A DNA stretch of 64,000 nucleotides from Minisyncoccota bacterium. GTDB lineage: Bacteria > Patescibacteriota > Minisyncoccia > Phycocordibacterales > UBA12088. The stretch spans positions 2,004-66,003 of the forward strand of contig JAYRSE010000001.1 in assembly GCA_041920275.1 (NCBI GenBank), read 5' to 3'. The notes beneath the pieces were generated by a model. That model made no database searches and was not told where the DNA came from. It worked only from the letters and a program-made list of their open reading frames with translations. Below are positions 27,453 to 38,761 of the stretch, piece after piece. The stretch's first letter is position 1; the number at the start of each line of letters is the position of its first letter. The position numbers and the translations under genes were made by a program.

Positions 27453-29443
27453 GAGTCGTTGCGCACCGATATCACCATATCACATACCATATGGCAGTTC
27501 TCCCGATGCAGAAGATCCGTTTGTACTTGCATCGAGGATCTGCAAGCGAGGTGTTGCGTGCGATCCAAAAACTCGGGGTGCTCCATCTCGAGGAGGTGAC
27601 GATCGGGGAAAGAGAGCTTGTTACCCGTGAGAAGGAGGCATTTGAATTCAATTACGCGAGCAGTCGTCTCGAGCTTGCCGTTCGGTTCCTCTCACGGTAC
27701 GAGGTTCCGAAGACCGGTCTACGCGCCGTGGTGGAAGGTACGAAAGTACGCATCACCGGAACGGCGCTCTACGAGGTGGTACAGACATTTGATTACAATA
27801 CGGTGGTGGATGCGGTGCAGGACATCGAACGCACGATCGTCGACGCCCGAACACGGATCGAAGAGCTTGAGGCGGAACGCGCACTGCTCGAACGCTGGCG
27901 CGGACTCGATCGAGTACTTGCCGCGGGACGAGAGACACCGTCCACCCGCACTCACTTTGTGGCCGGCACACTCGCGGGGGCGCACGATCTCTTGGTGTCG
28001 ATGTGTGCGGAACGATCGATCGTGTATCACACACTTATCGCCTCAGATACCGATCGATTGTATGCCATACATAGAAATGACGAAGCATCGTTCTTGCGAT
28101 GTGTTGCCGATTCCGGTTGCGAGACGGTCGAACTGCCACTCAGGCGCGGTACTCCCGCGGAAGAGCTTGAGCGTATCGATCGTGCACTCGGCTCGCAGCG
28201 TGAAGATATCGTTCATGCGGAGAGGCGAGCGGCAGAGATGGCGCGCGAATCTCTCGATAACCTCCGTGTCGTGAGCGATTACATGCTTTGGCAGAAAGAG
28301 AAGCATGATCTGCTTTCCACCGCCCGTGCAAGCGCCGAAACGATCGTGTTCGAAGGATGGTCTCCGACCGCGGACCTGCACGTCCTCGAGGAGCGTATCA
28401 AGAACAAGACCGAGCGGTACGCCCTTGAGTCGGTGGCACCGCATGAAGATGAGACGCCACCCGTGGAGTTGCGCAATCATCCCGCGATCGCACCGTTCGA
28501 GACCGTGACCCGTCTGTACGGACTTCCCGGACATACCGACCTTGACCCGACAGCATACCTTGCGGGGTTCTTCTTCCTCTTTTTCGGACTCGCACTCTCC
28601 GATCTGGGCTACGGACTCGTGATGGTGATGGGTCTCGGGTACATACTATACCGTTACCGTGTGCCAAAAACGGTTCGACCGATGCTTATTCTCATGTTTG
28701 CGGGAGGTGTTTCCACCACAGTTGTCGGTGCGTTGTACGGCGGGTACTTCGGTGTTTCGATGGACGTGATGCCGGAGTGGGTGAGGTCTTTGCAGATTTT
28801 TGATCCGATCAAAGATCCGATGCCGGTATTTTATCTCGCGCTTGCGCTCGGTGTGTTGCAGATCACGGTGGGTTTGTTCCTGTCAATGGTCTCTGAGGCA
28901 AGGAACGGGCGTCTGCTCACCGGTATTGCGGAAAAGGGTCCATGGGTCGGATTTTTTCTCTTCGGCAGTGCATTGCTTGGCGCACGCCTTGCATACATTC
29001 CGGGATCGGTCGATATGTACCGGTATGGTGTATACGCGTGCATTGCGAGCATTGTTGCGGTTGCGGCATACAAAGAAAAAAACTGGTTCCTGAAACCGAT
29101 CAAAGGCGTGTTGAGTTTGTACGACCTGGTTGCGTATTTTTCCGACATACTTTCATATTCACGCCTCCTTGCGTTGGGACTTGCTACGAGCGCACTCGCG
29201 TACGCAGTGAATCTCATAGCGGCAATGGTGCAAGACGCGCCGTACTATTCGGGGTATATCTTCATGACGGCAATACTGTTGGTAGGGCACCTGTTCAATC
29301 TTGCGCTTAACGTGCTTGGTGCATTCATTCATTCCGCTCGCTTGCAATTCGTTGAGTTCTTCGGCAAATTTGTGAACGGTACCGGGAGGCCGTATGCACC
29401 GTTCAGGCGGCGAGAACGGTATGTGGAGCTGGTCGATTCGTGA
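27449..29443 (+). CDS. atpI: V/A-type ATPase subunit I (a subunit)
   Basis: 664 aa with soluble N-terminal half and 7-8 TM C-terminal half. Confidence 0.85.
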   Translation: MRVVAHRYHHITYHMAVLPMQKIRLYLHRGSASEVLRAIQKLGVLHLEEVTIGERELVTREKEAFEFNYASSRLELAVRFLSRYEVPKTGLRAVVEGTKVRITGTALYEVVQTFDYNTVVDAVQDIERTIVDARTRIEELEAERALLERWRGLDRVLAAGRETPSTRTHFVAGTLAGAHDLLVSMCAERSIVYHTLIASDTDRLYAIHRNDEASFLRCVADSGCETVELPLRRGTPAEELERIDRALGSQREDIVHAERRAAEMARESLDNLRVVSDYMLWQKEKHDLLSTARASAETIVFEGWSPTADLHVLEERIKNKTERYALESVAPHEDETPPVELRNHPAIAPFETVTRLYGLPGHTDLDPTAYLAGFFFLFFGLALSDLGYGLVMVMGLGYILYRYRVPKTVRPMLILMFAGGVSTTVVGALYGGYFGVSMDVMPEWVRSLQIFDPIKDPMPVFYLALALGVLQITVGLFLSMVSEARNGRLLTGIAEKGPWVGFFLFGSALLGARLAYIPGSVDMYRYGVYACIASIVAVAAYKEKNWFLKPIKGVLSLYDLVAYFSDILSYSRLLALGLATSALAYAVNLIAAMVQDAPYYSGYIFMTAILLVGHLFNLALNVLGAFIHSARLQFVEFFGKFVNGTGRPYAPFRRRERYVELVDS

Positions 29444-29513
29444 CCGGCTACCAGGGTGTCGAAGGGCGATATCGTGGCATTATTCTTTACCAATTAATTA
29501 ACATCATTTACTT

Positions 29514-29996
29514 ATGGAAGGATCAATCACGTGGGGAGTGGCATTCGTCATGCTTGCAGCGGCATTGCCTGCGATACTCGGATTTATCGGCTCCGCCCTT
29601 GGCATGGCTACAGCAGGAAAAGCGGCAGCAGGTGTCGTGGCCGAGAAGCCCGACCTTTTTGGCAAGTTGCTCTTGATGCAGGCACTTCCGGGTTCACAGG
29701 GTATCTACGGTTTGGTGATCTCGTTTCTTGTGTTGCAGTTCAGTGGAGTTCTTGGTGCATCGGAACTGCCTAATGTTTCCAATATGAGCGGTGTGTTGTA
29801 CCTACTTGCCTCGTTGCCGCTCGCCATTTCAGCTATCGCAAGTGCGATTCTGCAGGGCAAGGTCGCTGCAAACGGTATCCTTTCGATTGCCAAGGATGGC
29901 ACATTGGTCGGAAAGGTGCTCCTGTTCGCGGCCATGATCGAGACATGGGCGATCTTCGGCTTCTTGATCACGGTCATTCTATTGTTGTCGATCTAG
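29514..29996 (+). CDS. atpK: V/A-type ATPase proteolipid subunit K (c; double-hairpin, 4 TM)
   Basis: Aligns with E. hirae NtpK. Motifs LPGSQG, ILQGKVAANG and AMIETWA retain the Gln/Glu (and Ser for Thr) Na+-ligand positions. Confidence 0.85.
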   Translation: MEGSITWGVAFVMLAAALPAILGFIGSALGMATAGKAAAGVVAEKPDLFGKLLLMQALPGSQGIYGLVISFLVLQFSGVLGASELPNVSNMSGVLYLLASLPLAISAIASAILQGKVAANGILSIAKDGTLVGKVLLFAAMIETWAIFGFLITVILLLSI

Positions 29997-30010
29997 CACA
30001 TTGCACTACC

Positions 30011-30583
30011 ATGGCACTCGAAGACCTTGTTCGGAAGATAGTCCGCGATGTTGAAGAGTCGGCGGATGCGATGCGTGCCTCCGCGAAGCGGACCGCGGAG
30101 GTGTTGGACCGTGAGGCGAGGGAGCGTGAAGAGGAGTACGTCGCTCGCTTTGCACACGAAACGGAGACGCTCTGTGCGAAAGAAAAGGCATCTGCAGATG
30201 AGCGCGCGCGTCGCGATGCGCAGATGGTGCTGGAGAAGGAGCGGCGGCGTTTGCTCGACGGCGTCTTTGCGAGCGTGGAAGAAGAAATGACCGGTGTCGA
30301 TGCGGACACGTATCGCGCGTTCGTTCGTGCCGAACTCGTACGCATCGCATCCGATCTTTCCACACTCCATACGTTCTACGCACCCGCTTGCTACAGTGCT
30401 ATCGTGGAGGAGGAGGTGCGTGCCGCGGGCGGAACCGCACGGGTCGGCGTGCGTGATGATGTGCGGAACGGTTTTGTCGCCGTCGGTGATGTCTGTGAGT
30501 ATGACCTTCGTTTCGATCGGCTTGTCCTTCAAGTGAAACGTGCCTGCGAGCCGGAGGTCGCGAACATGCTCTTTATGTCCTGA
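30011..30583 (+). CDS. atpE: V/A-type ATPase subunit E
   Basis: ~190-aa helical N-terminus plus globular C-terminus, in operon position. Confidence 0.7.
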   Translation: MALEDLVRKIVRDVEESADAMRASAKRTAEVLDREAREREEEYVARFAHETETLCAKEKASADERARRDAQMVLEKERRRLLDGVFASVEEEMTGVDADTYRAFVRAELVRIASDLSTLHTFYAPACYSAIVEEEVRAAGGTARVGVRDDVRNGFVAVGDVCEYDLRFDRLVLQVKRACEPEVANMLFMS

Positions 30584-30591
30584 ACATTCGT

Positions 30592-31575
30592 ATGGCCGAT
30601 TACATGTATGCAGGTGCACGGGTCAAGGCATTGGAGTCGATGCTCCTTTCGGCTTCACAGATCGAGCTTTTGGTGTCTGCCAAAGGCCCCGACGAATTAT
30701 ATGCCGCACTGTACGATTCCTACCTGGCCTCATACCTGAGACGCAATACCGAGCACGACATACTTTCGGCACTTGAGGAGCAGGTCAATGATACGAAGAT
30801 GCTTCTGCTATCGATCGTGCCGGAACCGCACGTACTCGATATTCTCTGGATCAAGTACGATTACCACAACGTAATGGTGATCGTGAAGGGGGTGCGTACG
30901 GGCGCTTCGGATGCCGAGATGCTCGCATCATGCTACATGCAGGGAACGGTGGAGCCGGGAGTGCTGATTGAGCATATGCGAACGGGAACACTTTCGTCGT
31001 TCGAACCGGAACTCGCCGAGGCCTTTCGTGACGGAATGGCCTCGACGTTGCCGGGTGCGGTCGATGAAGTTTGCAATGCATTGTATTTTGCGCACGCGCT
31101 TCGAGTGGCGTCGGTGAGCGGCGATCCGTTCGCACTTGCGTATGTCCGTGCGCTCATCGATCTTTTCAACATCAAGGCGCTTGCGCGTGGGGAGTTGCGT
31201 GACACGTTTCGTTCGAGACGAGCACTCGTTTCAGGAGGCGTGTGTCCGGTGTTCGATTCGTTCGATCCGGCACGCCTCGTTCGTTCCTATGCGTGCTACG
31301 GCGGGGAGGACCAATGGAGGACGGTCTTTCAGTCTGTGCGGGAAGGAGGGACGGCGATACCGCTCGAGAAACTGGCGGACGAATCGTTTGCGGAATGGTT
31401 GCGTGCACAAGCAATGTCGGTCATTGGTCTTGCAAATGTTGTGTGGTATTTCCATGCCGTGAAGAACAACGCACAGATCATTTCCGCGATCAGCAAAGCA
31501 AAGCGAGCGAACATGCCGGAGAAGGAGCTGCGATCCATCCTGCGGATCCCGTCGTCTAACAAGCAAAGAGTATGA
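30592..31575 (+). CDS. atpC: V/A-type ATPase subunit C (V0 d)
   Basis: 327 aa, N-terminus MADYMYAGARVKALESMLL typical of subunit C/d. Confidence 0.8.
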   Translation: MADYMYAGARVKALESMLLSASQIELLVSAKGPDELYAALYDSYLASYLRRNTEHDILSALEEQVNDTKMLLLSIVPEPHVLDILWIKYDYHNVMVIVKGVRTGASDAEMLASCYMQGTVEPGVLIEHMRTGTLSSFEPELAEAFRDGMASTLPGAVDEVCNALYFAHALRVASVSGDPFALAYVRALIDLFNIKALARGELRDTFRSRRALVSGGVCPVFDSFDPARLVRSYACYGGEDQWRTVFQSVREGGTAIPLEKLADESFAEWLRAQAMSVIGLANVVWYFHAVKNNAQIISAISKAKRANMPEKELRSILRIPSSNKQRV

Positions 31576-31910
31576 GTACGTACCGTATCGCGATCGTAGG
31601 GCCGATCGATGTCGTTTCCGGCTTTCGCGCGTTTGGTGTCGATGTGTTTCCCGCCGAGCGGGCCTCCGTGCTACTCGAGACACTCGCGAAAATGCGCAAA
31701 GAAAGTGCGGACGGCAAGGGCGAGTACGCGGTTGTGATAGCGATCGAATCTCTCGTTGCTGAGGTGCCGCGTGATGAGTGGGAACGCACCACGCGAGGTG
31801 TGCTTCCCGCCGTTGTCGTGCTGCCCGGGATCGAGGGATCGAGCGGGCAGGGGATACGCACCTTGCGCAAGCTCGCGGAGCGAGCGGTCGGGAGCGATAT
31901 TTTACAATAG
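31572..31910 (+). CDS. atpF: V/A-type ATPase subunit F
   Basis: 112 aa, N-terminus MSTYRIAIVGPIDVVSGFRAFGVDVF typical of subunit F. Confidence 0.8.
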   Translation: MSTYRIAIVGPIDVVSGFRAFGVDVFPAERASVLLETLAKMRKESADGKGEYAVVIAIESLVAEVPRDEWERTTRGVLPAVVVLPGIEGSSGQGIRTLRKLAERAVGSDILQ

Positions 31911-31942
31911 TGAAAATTATCAGTGGGGTAATAATTTTACAT

Positions 31943-33733
31943 ATGAATGATCATGCAACAGAGCACGGTGGCGCGGGAACGATCGTTCGCGTGTCGGGTC
32001 CGCTCGTCCAGGCGAACGGCATGCGTGCGGCAAAGATGTATGAAGTGGTGAAGGTCTCGGACCGGGAGCTGTTGGGCGAGGTCATTCAGCTCGAGGGGGA
32101 TGTGGCTTCGATCCAGGTGTATGAAGAGACTGCGGGGATCGGTCCCGGTGAGCGTGTGGTGCGAACGGGACATACCATGACGGTGATGCTCGCACCCGGT
32201 CTCCTCACCAGCATATATGACGGCATACAGCGTCCGTTATCCGACATTGAAGCGCATTCCGGTGGACACTACATCACACGGGGCATCAGCGCGTCAGGCA
32301 TCGATCTTTCTCGGACCTGGGACTTCGTTCCCGTTGTCAAAGAAGGATCATCGGTCATCGCCGGCGATGTTTTGGGTGAAGTGCGAGAAACGACGCTCAT
32401 CACGCACAAGATCATGGTCCCTCCCGGTATCGCGGGGGTGGTGCGAAAGATCGAGAAGGGTGCTCACACCGTTTCGGACGTGATCGCGCTCATTGTGAAT
32501 GAGCAGGGTGTCGAGTGTCCCGTGAGCATGCTTCAACGCTGGCCGATCCGCACACCGCGACCGACCGCGGCGAAATTGTTTCCCGATCAGCCGCTCGTGA
32601 CCGGTGGGCGTTCGATCGATATGTTCTTCCCCATAGCGAAGGGCGGAGCCGGATGCATTCCGGGTCCGTTCGGTGCGGGTAAGACCGTGACGCAGCAATC
32701 GATCGCCAAGTACTGCGATGCAGAGGTCATCGTGTACATCGGCTGTGGCGAGCGGGGTAACGAAATGACCGAAGTGTTGAGCGAGTTCCCGCATCTTATC
32801 GACCCGAACTCGGGCGAGCCGCTGATGAAGCGCACGGTCCTCATCGCGAACACGTCGAATATGCCGGTCGCCGCCCGAGAAGCGAGCGTGTATACCGGTA
32901 TCACGATCGCCGAATACTATCGGGATATGGGATACTCCGTTGCGCTCATGGCCGATTCAACGTCACGGTGGGCCGAAGCGATGCGTGAGATCAGCGGCCG
33001 TATGGAGGAAATGCCGGGTGAGGAAGGGTATCCCGCATACCTTTCGAGTCGTACGGCGGAGTTCTATGAACGTGCGGGGCGTGTTCGCTGTTTGGGAAGC
33101 GATGCGCGCACCGGCGCTCTGACCGTCATCGGCGCGGTCTCTCCTCCGGGTGGCGACCTTTCCGAACCGGTATCGCAGGCCACCTTGCGTGTCACCAAAT
33201 GTTTCTGGGGGCTCGACGGCGCTCTTGCGTACAAGAAACATTTCCCCTCGATCAACTGGCTTACCAGCTATTCGCTCTACGCGGAGAATTTCAAGGAATA
33301 CTGGTCGCACCATATCGCGTCCGATTTCACCGAAGTGCGAGGGGAAGCACTCTCGTTGCTGCAGCGCGAGGCGAAGCTTATGGAGATCGTGCGGTTGGTC
33401 GGCATGGAGGCGTTGAGCAATGAGGAGAAGTTGGTGCTCGAAGTGGCACGCGCGCTCCGTGAGGATTACCTGTTCCAAAACGCATTCGACAAAGACGATG
33501 CGTACACGGCACCGAAGGTGCAGTACCAGATCGTTAGAACGATCGTGACGCTCTACACCGAAGGGAAAGAGGTCCTCTCCGATCCGGAGGTAGAGTTTTC
33601 TCGTTTTCGTGAATTGCCGAACGTGCGAAAGATCGCCACACTGAAAACACTTAAGGAGGAACGGGACTTCACGGCGTTTCGTACCGAGCTTCACGAGCAG
33701 ATTATCGGCTTACGCGCGAGCGAGCGCGTCTAA
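31943..33733 (+). CDS. atpA: V/A-type ATPase catalytic subunit A
   Basis: Walker A GPFGAGKT, ~596 aa with the non-homologous insert region of A subunits. Confidence 0.9.
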   Translation: MNDHATEHGGAGTIVRVSGPLVQANGMRAAKMYEVVKVSDRELLGEVIQLEGDVASIQVYEETAGIGPGERVVRTGHTMTVMLAPGLLTSIYDGIQRPLSDIEAHSGGHYITRGISASGIDLSRTWDFVPVVKEGSSVIAGDVLGEVRETTLITHKIMVPPGIAGVVRKIEKGAHTVSDVIALIVNEQGVECPVSMLQRWPIRTPRPTAAKLFPDQPLVTGGRSIDMFFPIAKGGAGCIPGPFGAGKTVTQQSIAKYCDAEVIVYIGCGERGNEMTEVLSEFPHLIDPNSGEPLMKRTVLIANTSNMPVAAREASVYTGITIAEYYRDMGYSVALMADSTSRWAEAMREISGRMEEMPGEEGYPAYLSSRTAEFYERAGRVRCLGSDARTGALTVIGAVSPPGGDLSEPVSQATLRVTKCFWGLDGALAYKKHFPSINWLTSYSLYAENFKEYWSHHIASDFTEVRGEALSLLQREAKLMEIVRLVGMEALSNEEKLVLEVARALREDYLFQNAFDKDDAYTAPKVQYQIVRTIVTLYTEGKEVLSDPEVEFSRFRELPNVRKIATLKTLKEERDFTAFRTELHEQIIGLRASERV

Positions 33734-33747
33734 TTAGAGTAACGACC

Positions 33748-35124
33748 ATGTATCGAGAATATAAAACAGTGACCTCAGTTTCGGGACCGCTCCTGGTCGT
33801 GCGCAAGGTCGAGGGTGTGAAGTACGAGGAATTGGTGGAGGTGTCGGTTCCGGGAGAGACGAAGCCGCGACTCGGCAAGGTGCTCGATGTCGCCGGCGAC
33901 AAGGCGGTCGTGCAGATGTTCGCACCGACCGCGGGTATACCGACCGAAGATACCAAGGTGCGCTTTCGCGGTGAGACATTCACCTTCGGGGTGGCAAAGA
34001 ACATGTTGGGACGCATCTTTTCCGGCGGAGGTACGGTGATCGACGGGGGTCCTGACCTCATTCCCGAAAAGCATATCGACATAGCCGGGGCTCCCATCAA
34101 TCCGTACAGTCGCGAGTACCCGAACGATTTCATCCAGACCGGTATCTCTTCGATCGACGTGATGAATACCTTGGTACGAGGACAGAAGCTCCCCATCTTC
34201 TCGGGATCGGGATTGCCACACAATCGTCTGGCCGCGCAGATCGCGCGACAGGCGAAGGTGACGACCGGCGAAGAGTTCGCGATCGTGTTTGCGACCATGG
34301 GTGTCACCTTCGAGGAGGCGGAGTACTTCAAGCGTGAGTTCGAGAAGGCGGGGGCGCTTTCGCGTTCCGTGCTCTTTGTGAACACTGCGGCTGACCCCGT
34401 GGTCGAACGCATTGCGGTGCCCAGGCTCGCGCTCACGACCGCGGAATACCTTGCGTTCGAGCATGACATGCATGTGCTTGTGGTATTGACCGACATGACC
34501 AACTACGCCGAGGCGCTGCGCGAGGTCTCGAGCGCCCGCAAGGAGGTGCCGGGTCGGCGCGGGTATCCCGGATACCTCTATACCGACTTCTCGACCATAT
34601 ATGAACGTGCCGGGCGGGTGAAGGGGAAAAAGGGCACCATTACGCAGATCCCGATCCTCACCATGCCGGACGATGACAAGACGCATCCGATCCCCGATCT
34701 CACCGGCTACATCACGGAAGGTCAATGTATCGTTTCGCGAGAATTTCACACCAAGGGTCTTTTCCCACCGATCGATGTGCAGGGCTCTCTCTCGCGACTG
34801 TGGTCGGCCGGCGTGGGCTCCGATAAGACGAGGGAGGATCATGCGCAGGTCAAGGACCAACTCTTCGCTTCGTATGCGCACGGCAGAGAGATGCGCGAGC
34901 TCGCTGTGGTGTTGGGAGAATCATCGCTCGACGAGGTGGATAAGCTACATTTGATTTTTGCGGATGCGTTCGAGCGTCAATTTTTGAGTCAAGGAGAGTT
35001 TGTCGACCGTCCGGTCACCGAGTCGCTCGATATCGGCTGGAAGCTGCTCTCGATGCTTCCGGTGGAAACCTTGAAGCGCGTCAAGTCTGACATGATCGCG
35101 AAGTATATGCCGAAGTCGGAGTAA
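33748..35124 (+). CDS. atpB: V/A-type ATPase subunit B
   Basis: 458 aa with the typical B-subunit sequence and no intact P-loop. Confidence 0.9.
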   Translation: MYREYKTVTSVSGPLLVVRKVEGVKYEELVEVSVPGETKPRLGKVLDVAGDKAVVQMFAPTAGIPTEDTKVRFRGETFTFGVAKNMLGRIFSGGGTVIDGGPDLIPEKHIDIAGAPINPYSREYPNDFIQTGISSIDVMNTLVRGQKLPIFSGSGLPHNRLAAQIARQAKVTTGEEFAIVFATMGVTFEEAEYFKREFEKAGALSRSVLFVNTAADPVVERIAVPRLALTTAEYLAFEHDMHVLVVLTDMTNYAEALREVSSARKEVPGRRGYPGYLYTDFSTIYERAGRVKGKKGTITQIPILTMPDDDKTHPIPDLTGYITEGQCIVSREFHTKGLFPPIDVQGSLSRLWSAGVGSDKTREDHAQVKDQLFASYAHGREMRELAVVLGESSLDEVDKLHLIFADAFERQFLSQGEFVDRPVTESLDIGWKLLSMLPVETLKRVKSDMIAKYMPKSE

Positions 35125-35137
35125 TCGAACCGGTCCC

Positions 35138-35788
35138 ATGATACTCAAGATAAGTCCAACCCGTGTCGCTCTGCTCAACCTGAAACGTGAACTCAAGGTC
35201 GCCGAGAAGGGGTACAAGCTGCTGAAAGACAAACGCGATGGCCTCATGAAGGTGTTCCTTGCCGTCATTCGCGATGCGCGCGCGTTGCGTGCGGACATCG
35301 AGGATCGTTCCGGTGATGCGTTTGCCATGTACGCCCGAGCGAGCGCTCTCATACACACCAAGAACTTGCAGGCGGCGTTCCTTGAGCCCGGCGTGTCCTT
35401 TGCGCTTGAAGTGAGTACCGCGCATGTCATGAGTGTGCCGGTGCCGACGTTCGACATTAAAAAGAGCGGTGATCCCTATGCGTACGGCATGTTGGAGTCG
35501 AACGCGGACCTCGATGCGTCGATCGAGCGTTTCGACGGTGTGCTCACCGATATCGTCCGTTTGGCGGCGCTCGAAAAGACCGCCGAACGATTGGCGGAAG
35601 AGATCGAACGAACGCGCAGAAGGGTTTCCGCACTCGAGAACACGCGTATCCCGAACCTCCGCGACACGATCCGTTTCATCAATCAGCAGCTCGAAGAGCG
35701 TGCACGCGATGCGGTGGTCTCGACCATGCGCGTCAAGGCGATGATATTGGCGAAAGAAGAGCGACTTTCCGAAGAGGCCCGCGAATGA
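35138..35788 (+). CDS. atpD: V/A-type ATPase subunit D
   Basis: 216-aa coiled-coil central-stalk protein, last gene of the operon. Confidence 0.85.
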   Translation: MILKISPTRVALLNLKRELKVAEKGYKLLKDKRDGLMKVFLAVIRDARALRADIEDRSGDAFAMYARASALIHTKNLQAAFLEPGVSFALEVSTAHVMSVPVPTFDIKKSGDPYAYGMLESNADLDASIERFDGVLTDIVRLAALEKTAERLAEEIERTRRRVSALENTRIPNLRDTIRFINQQLEERARDAVVSTMRVKAMILAKEERLSEEARE

Positions 35789-35813
35789 TGGTCGCTTTCT
35801 CCCGCGGGTCGAA

Positions 35814-36791
35814 GTGGGGTATACTACACATCTCATGCTTACGGCCCTCTTGATGCTCGTGCTCGGATTCGCGCTTTTGATAAAAGGTGCCGATCTTCTT
35901 GTGGATGGTGCGAGCTCCTTCGCAAAGCGCTTCGGTGTGTCCGACCTCATGATCGGTCTTACCGTCGTTGCATTCGGCACCTCGGCGCCCGAGTTCGTGG
36001 TGACGCTTCGATCCGCGCTCGATGGGAACACGGGAATCGCGATCGGAAACATTCTGGGGAGCAATATCGCGAACATTCTGCTCATTCTGGGTCTGGCATC
36101 GCTCGTGCGCCCGCTCGCGGTACAGCGTATGACCACTTACAAGGAGATCCCTTTCTCGCTCCTTGCCGCACTGATGCTCTACGTTCTCGTGAATGACGTG
36201 TCGTTGAACGGCGGGGCGGCGGCGATGCTCTCTATGGCGGACGGCCTCGTGTTCTTGGGATTTTTCATTATCTTTCTCTACTATGTGTTCGGTATCGCCA
36301 AGATCGACGCCGGTGATTCGGATGAGGCGGTGAAGCGGCACTCAAAGAGTAAAAGTGCGGCACTGGTCGCACTCGGACTCGCAGGTCTGGTGCTCGGAGG
36401 TGGATGGGTGGTCGACAGTGCGATAACACTCGCTTCTCTTTGGGGCATGAGTGAAGCGGTGATCGGGCTTACGGTCGTTGCGGTCGGCACGTCGCTCCCC
36501 GAGTTGTTCACTTCGATCGTTGCCGCCTACAAGGGCAAGGTGGATATTGCGATCGGCAACGTGGTGGGGTCGAACATATTCAATATCTTTTGGATACTCG
36601 GGTCCGTGGCGGTCTTCTCACCGCTCCCGTTCGATCTTGCGAGCAATGTCGACGTGATCGCGGTCCTGCTTTCCACGGCGCTCCTCTTCATCTGGATGTT
36701 CGTCGGGCGTCGACATGTGCTGCAACGGTGGCAGGGAGGGGTGTTCATAGGTCTTTATGTCGCGTATGTCGCGTACCTGCTCATACGTTGA
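35814..36791 (+). CDS. CaCA-family Na+(H+)/Ca2+ exchanger (YrbG-like)
   Basis: Two alpha-repeat motifs, GTSAPEFVVT and GTSLPELFTSIVAA. 10 TM helices. Confidence 0.8.
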   Translation: MGYTTHLMLTALLMLVLGFALLIKGADLLVDGASSFAKRFGVSDLMIGLTVVAFGTSAPEFVVTLRSALDGNTGIAIGNILGSNIANILLILGLASLVRPLAVQRMTTYKEIPFSLLAALMLYVLVNDVSLNGGAAAMLSMADGLVFLGFFIIFLYYVFGIAKIDAGDSDEAVKRHSKSKSAALVALGLAGLVLGGGWVVDSAITLASLWGMSEAVIGLTVVAVGTSLPELFTSIVAAYKGKVDIAIGNVVGSNIFNIFWILGSVAVFSPLPFDLASNVDVIAVLLSTALLFIWMFVGRRHVLQRWQGGVFIGLYVAYVAYLLIR

Positions 36792-36861
36792 CACCTCCAC
36801 GGGCGTGGATAGTTTTGTTGTTTATGTACAAACTAAAGCCGCCGAAATGGCGGCGTACGAT

Positions 36862-37425
36862 TCAGAGACCATCGAGCAGTTCGATGATCATTTCGACGGG
36901 AACGTACTCCTTTTTCCCGCGACTTCGATAGATGATGCTGATCGATGTGTGCGGTTCGTTTCGTGCGTCTGCGATCACTTCCGCGAGTATTCGAAGGAAC
37001 CATACGCTTTTGAACCACTGTTCGGAAAAATCGAACAATGTCGCCGCGAAGATGGTCTTCTGTTTGCATTCGGACGCAGTGATCACTTCGATTATGGTCG
37101 ACCTGTCACGCGAAGGCGATCCGGCGATGGTCGGCACCTCCTTGCGCAGGGCATACAAACCATGCCTTCGCATGGCGAGTAATTTTGGTAAGAGCCATGG
37201 AATCTGGTGATCTGATATGATGGTGACGATGACGTTGTTTTTAATGATCGCACCAAGGCATTCCATGTCGTATGGTGCGTATACCACATGGTACTCGCAG
37301 TGCCGCACTACCAGTTCCGGTTTGGAGAAAAGTTGCCGGACTTGGTGCGCTTTGGTGGTTGTTCGTCTCAGTTCCGAGTCGCCATACTGTACTCGTTTTC
37401 GTGCGTGATGCGATAGTCTGTACAT
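36862..37425 (-). CDS. Hypothetical protein in a lower-GC segment
   Basis: 187-aa ORF with no recognizable motifs and atypical GC3. Competing plus-strand ORFs are shorter. Confidence 0.3.
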   Translation of the reverse strand: MYRLSHHARKRVQYGDSELRRTTTKAHQVRQLFSKPELVVRHCEYHVVYAPYDMECLGAIIKNNVIVTIISDHQIPWLLPKLLAMRRHGLYALRKEVPTIAGSPSRDRSTIIEVITASECKQKTIFAATLFDFSEQWFKSVWFLRILAEVIADARNEPHTSISIIYRSRGKKEYVPVEMIIELLDGL

Positions 37426-37640
37426 CGCGTGACCCCCTTTTTCTTATCTTGCCGTAGTATACGGTTGCGGCGAATCATTGCAAGGAGATTGGAGACGGAT
37501 ACGGATCACGATCGCGCTCCGGTGCACATCACTATTGCGTGGTCGGTGGTGTATCGAGGCCCGCAGGAAGTGTTCTGTGAGCGTCGGCCGATCTCTATGG
37601 ATCACAGGTCGGATACGTCGTCCGTGACTTCGTCGAAGGT

Positions 37641-38633
37641 TCAATGTAGACGTCGATGGATCGTGTGCACCCGTTCCGGTCGTAATGCGTCATTTCCGTT
37701 TATACAGGTCACATCCACCATGTTACCGTCCGCGCGTACCATTGTGGAGCCGATACGATGCTCGCGACCCGGGTTCTTCGTGATCGCAACCGCGGTGTCG
37801 TTGTTGATCATGCACACTCCCGGTATGTCCTTTTCAACGAGCTGCTTGCCGGACGCACGTTTTTTGTGACCGTGCACGACCACCTTTACGTGCAATCGTT
37901 CCAGGAGCAGCGATATCTCGGTCGACTCTTCGGGGCCATGTCCGTGTTCTTGTGGTCGAGGTGCTTTGGTGAGTGCGTGGAGTTCTTCAAATATGCGTAC
38001 GCTTTCGGCAGGTGTGTGAGGGAGTAGTGCAAACGCTCGAGCGAATCGTTCGTTCACGCGCCAACGGTCGTTCGGCACATCACCTTTATGCTCTTCATAC
38101 TGACGCACCATCTCTTCGAGCATTGATCGTGTCGGGTATGCGTGCAAAAAAAGAACGGAGCCCTGTTTGTACACCATCTTTCCCGTACCCAAGAATGCCA
38201 GGTCCTTCCGGCTCGGCGCCTCCTCTGGGGGTCCGTGCGGCAATGCCATAAGGAGGTCCAGTTCGTGGTTTCCAAGAAGGAGCGTAACCCGGTTGCCGTT
38301 CTTCGCTCGTTCGGAAAGGTGCCTGAAAAGGCGAATGACGTGGTGATGTGCGGATCGTCGGTCTATGAGGTCACCGGTAAGCACGAGGTGGGTATCGTGC
38401 ACGTCGGGGTGCCAGTCTTCAGAGTCCTTTGCAATGATGCCACGTTCAAGCAAGCTTCCTTTCGCGGAAATGGTATCATCATGTATGTCTGAGAGGAGTA
38501 CATAGTTGATCTCCCGCGGTTCTCTTTCCTTCGATAGTGCGAGTCCCGGTGAAGTACGTTCGAAGCCGGAAGTGCATTTTGTCTGTTCAGGGCCGCGTTC
38601 CGGCACGACGGGTATGCGCTCGAATGAGTTCAT
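37641..38633 (-). CDS. Calcineurin-like metallophosphoesterase (Ser/Thr phosphatase-type)
   Basis: Motifs GDLIDRR, GNHE and VHGH. Start assigned to internal Met MNSFERIP. Confidence 0.7.
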   Translation of the reverse strand: MNSFERIPVVPERGPEQTKCTSGFERTSPGLALSKEREPREINYVLLSDIHDDTISAKGSLLERGIIAKDSEDWHPDVHDTHLVLTGDLIDRRSAHHHVIRLFRHLSERAKNGNRVTLLLGNHELDLLMALPHGPPEEAPSRKDLAFLGTGKMVYKQGSVLFLHAYPTRSMLEEMVRQYEEHKGDVPNDRWRVNERFARAFALLPHTPAESVRIFEELHALTKAPRPQEHGHGPEESTEISLLLERLHVKVVVHGHKKRASGKQLVEKDIPGVCMINNDTAVAITKNPGREHRIGSTMVRADGNMVDVTCINGNDALRPERVHTIHRRLH

Positions 38634-38761
38634 GAGAGTCAGTATACTATATCTCAGTTGCCACCGACGAGGTGTGCGCGACGCGGCGCACTTGTTCAGG
38701 TGGGCGCGGCGGGGTACTATTGCGTTGTAACGTTCACGCTCGGCGAGGAACGAACAGCAGT

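Noticed and set aside
33775-36136. Several 350-370-aa minus-strand ORFs
   Set aside because: Antisense to V-ATPase B/D subunit genes.
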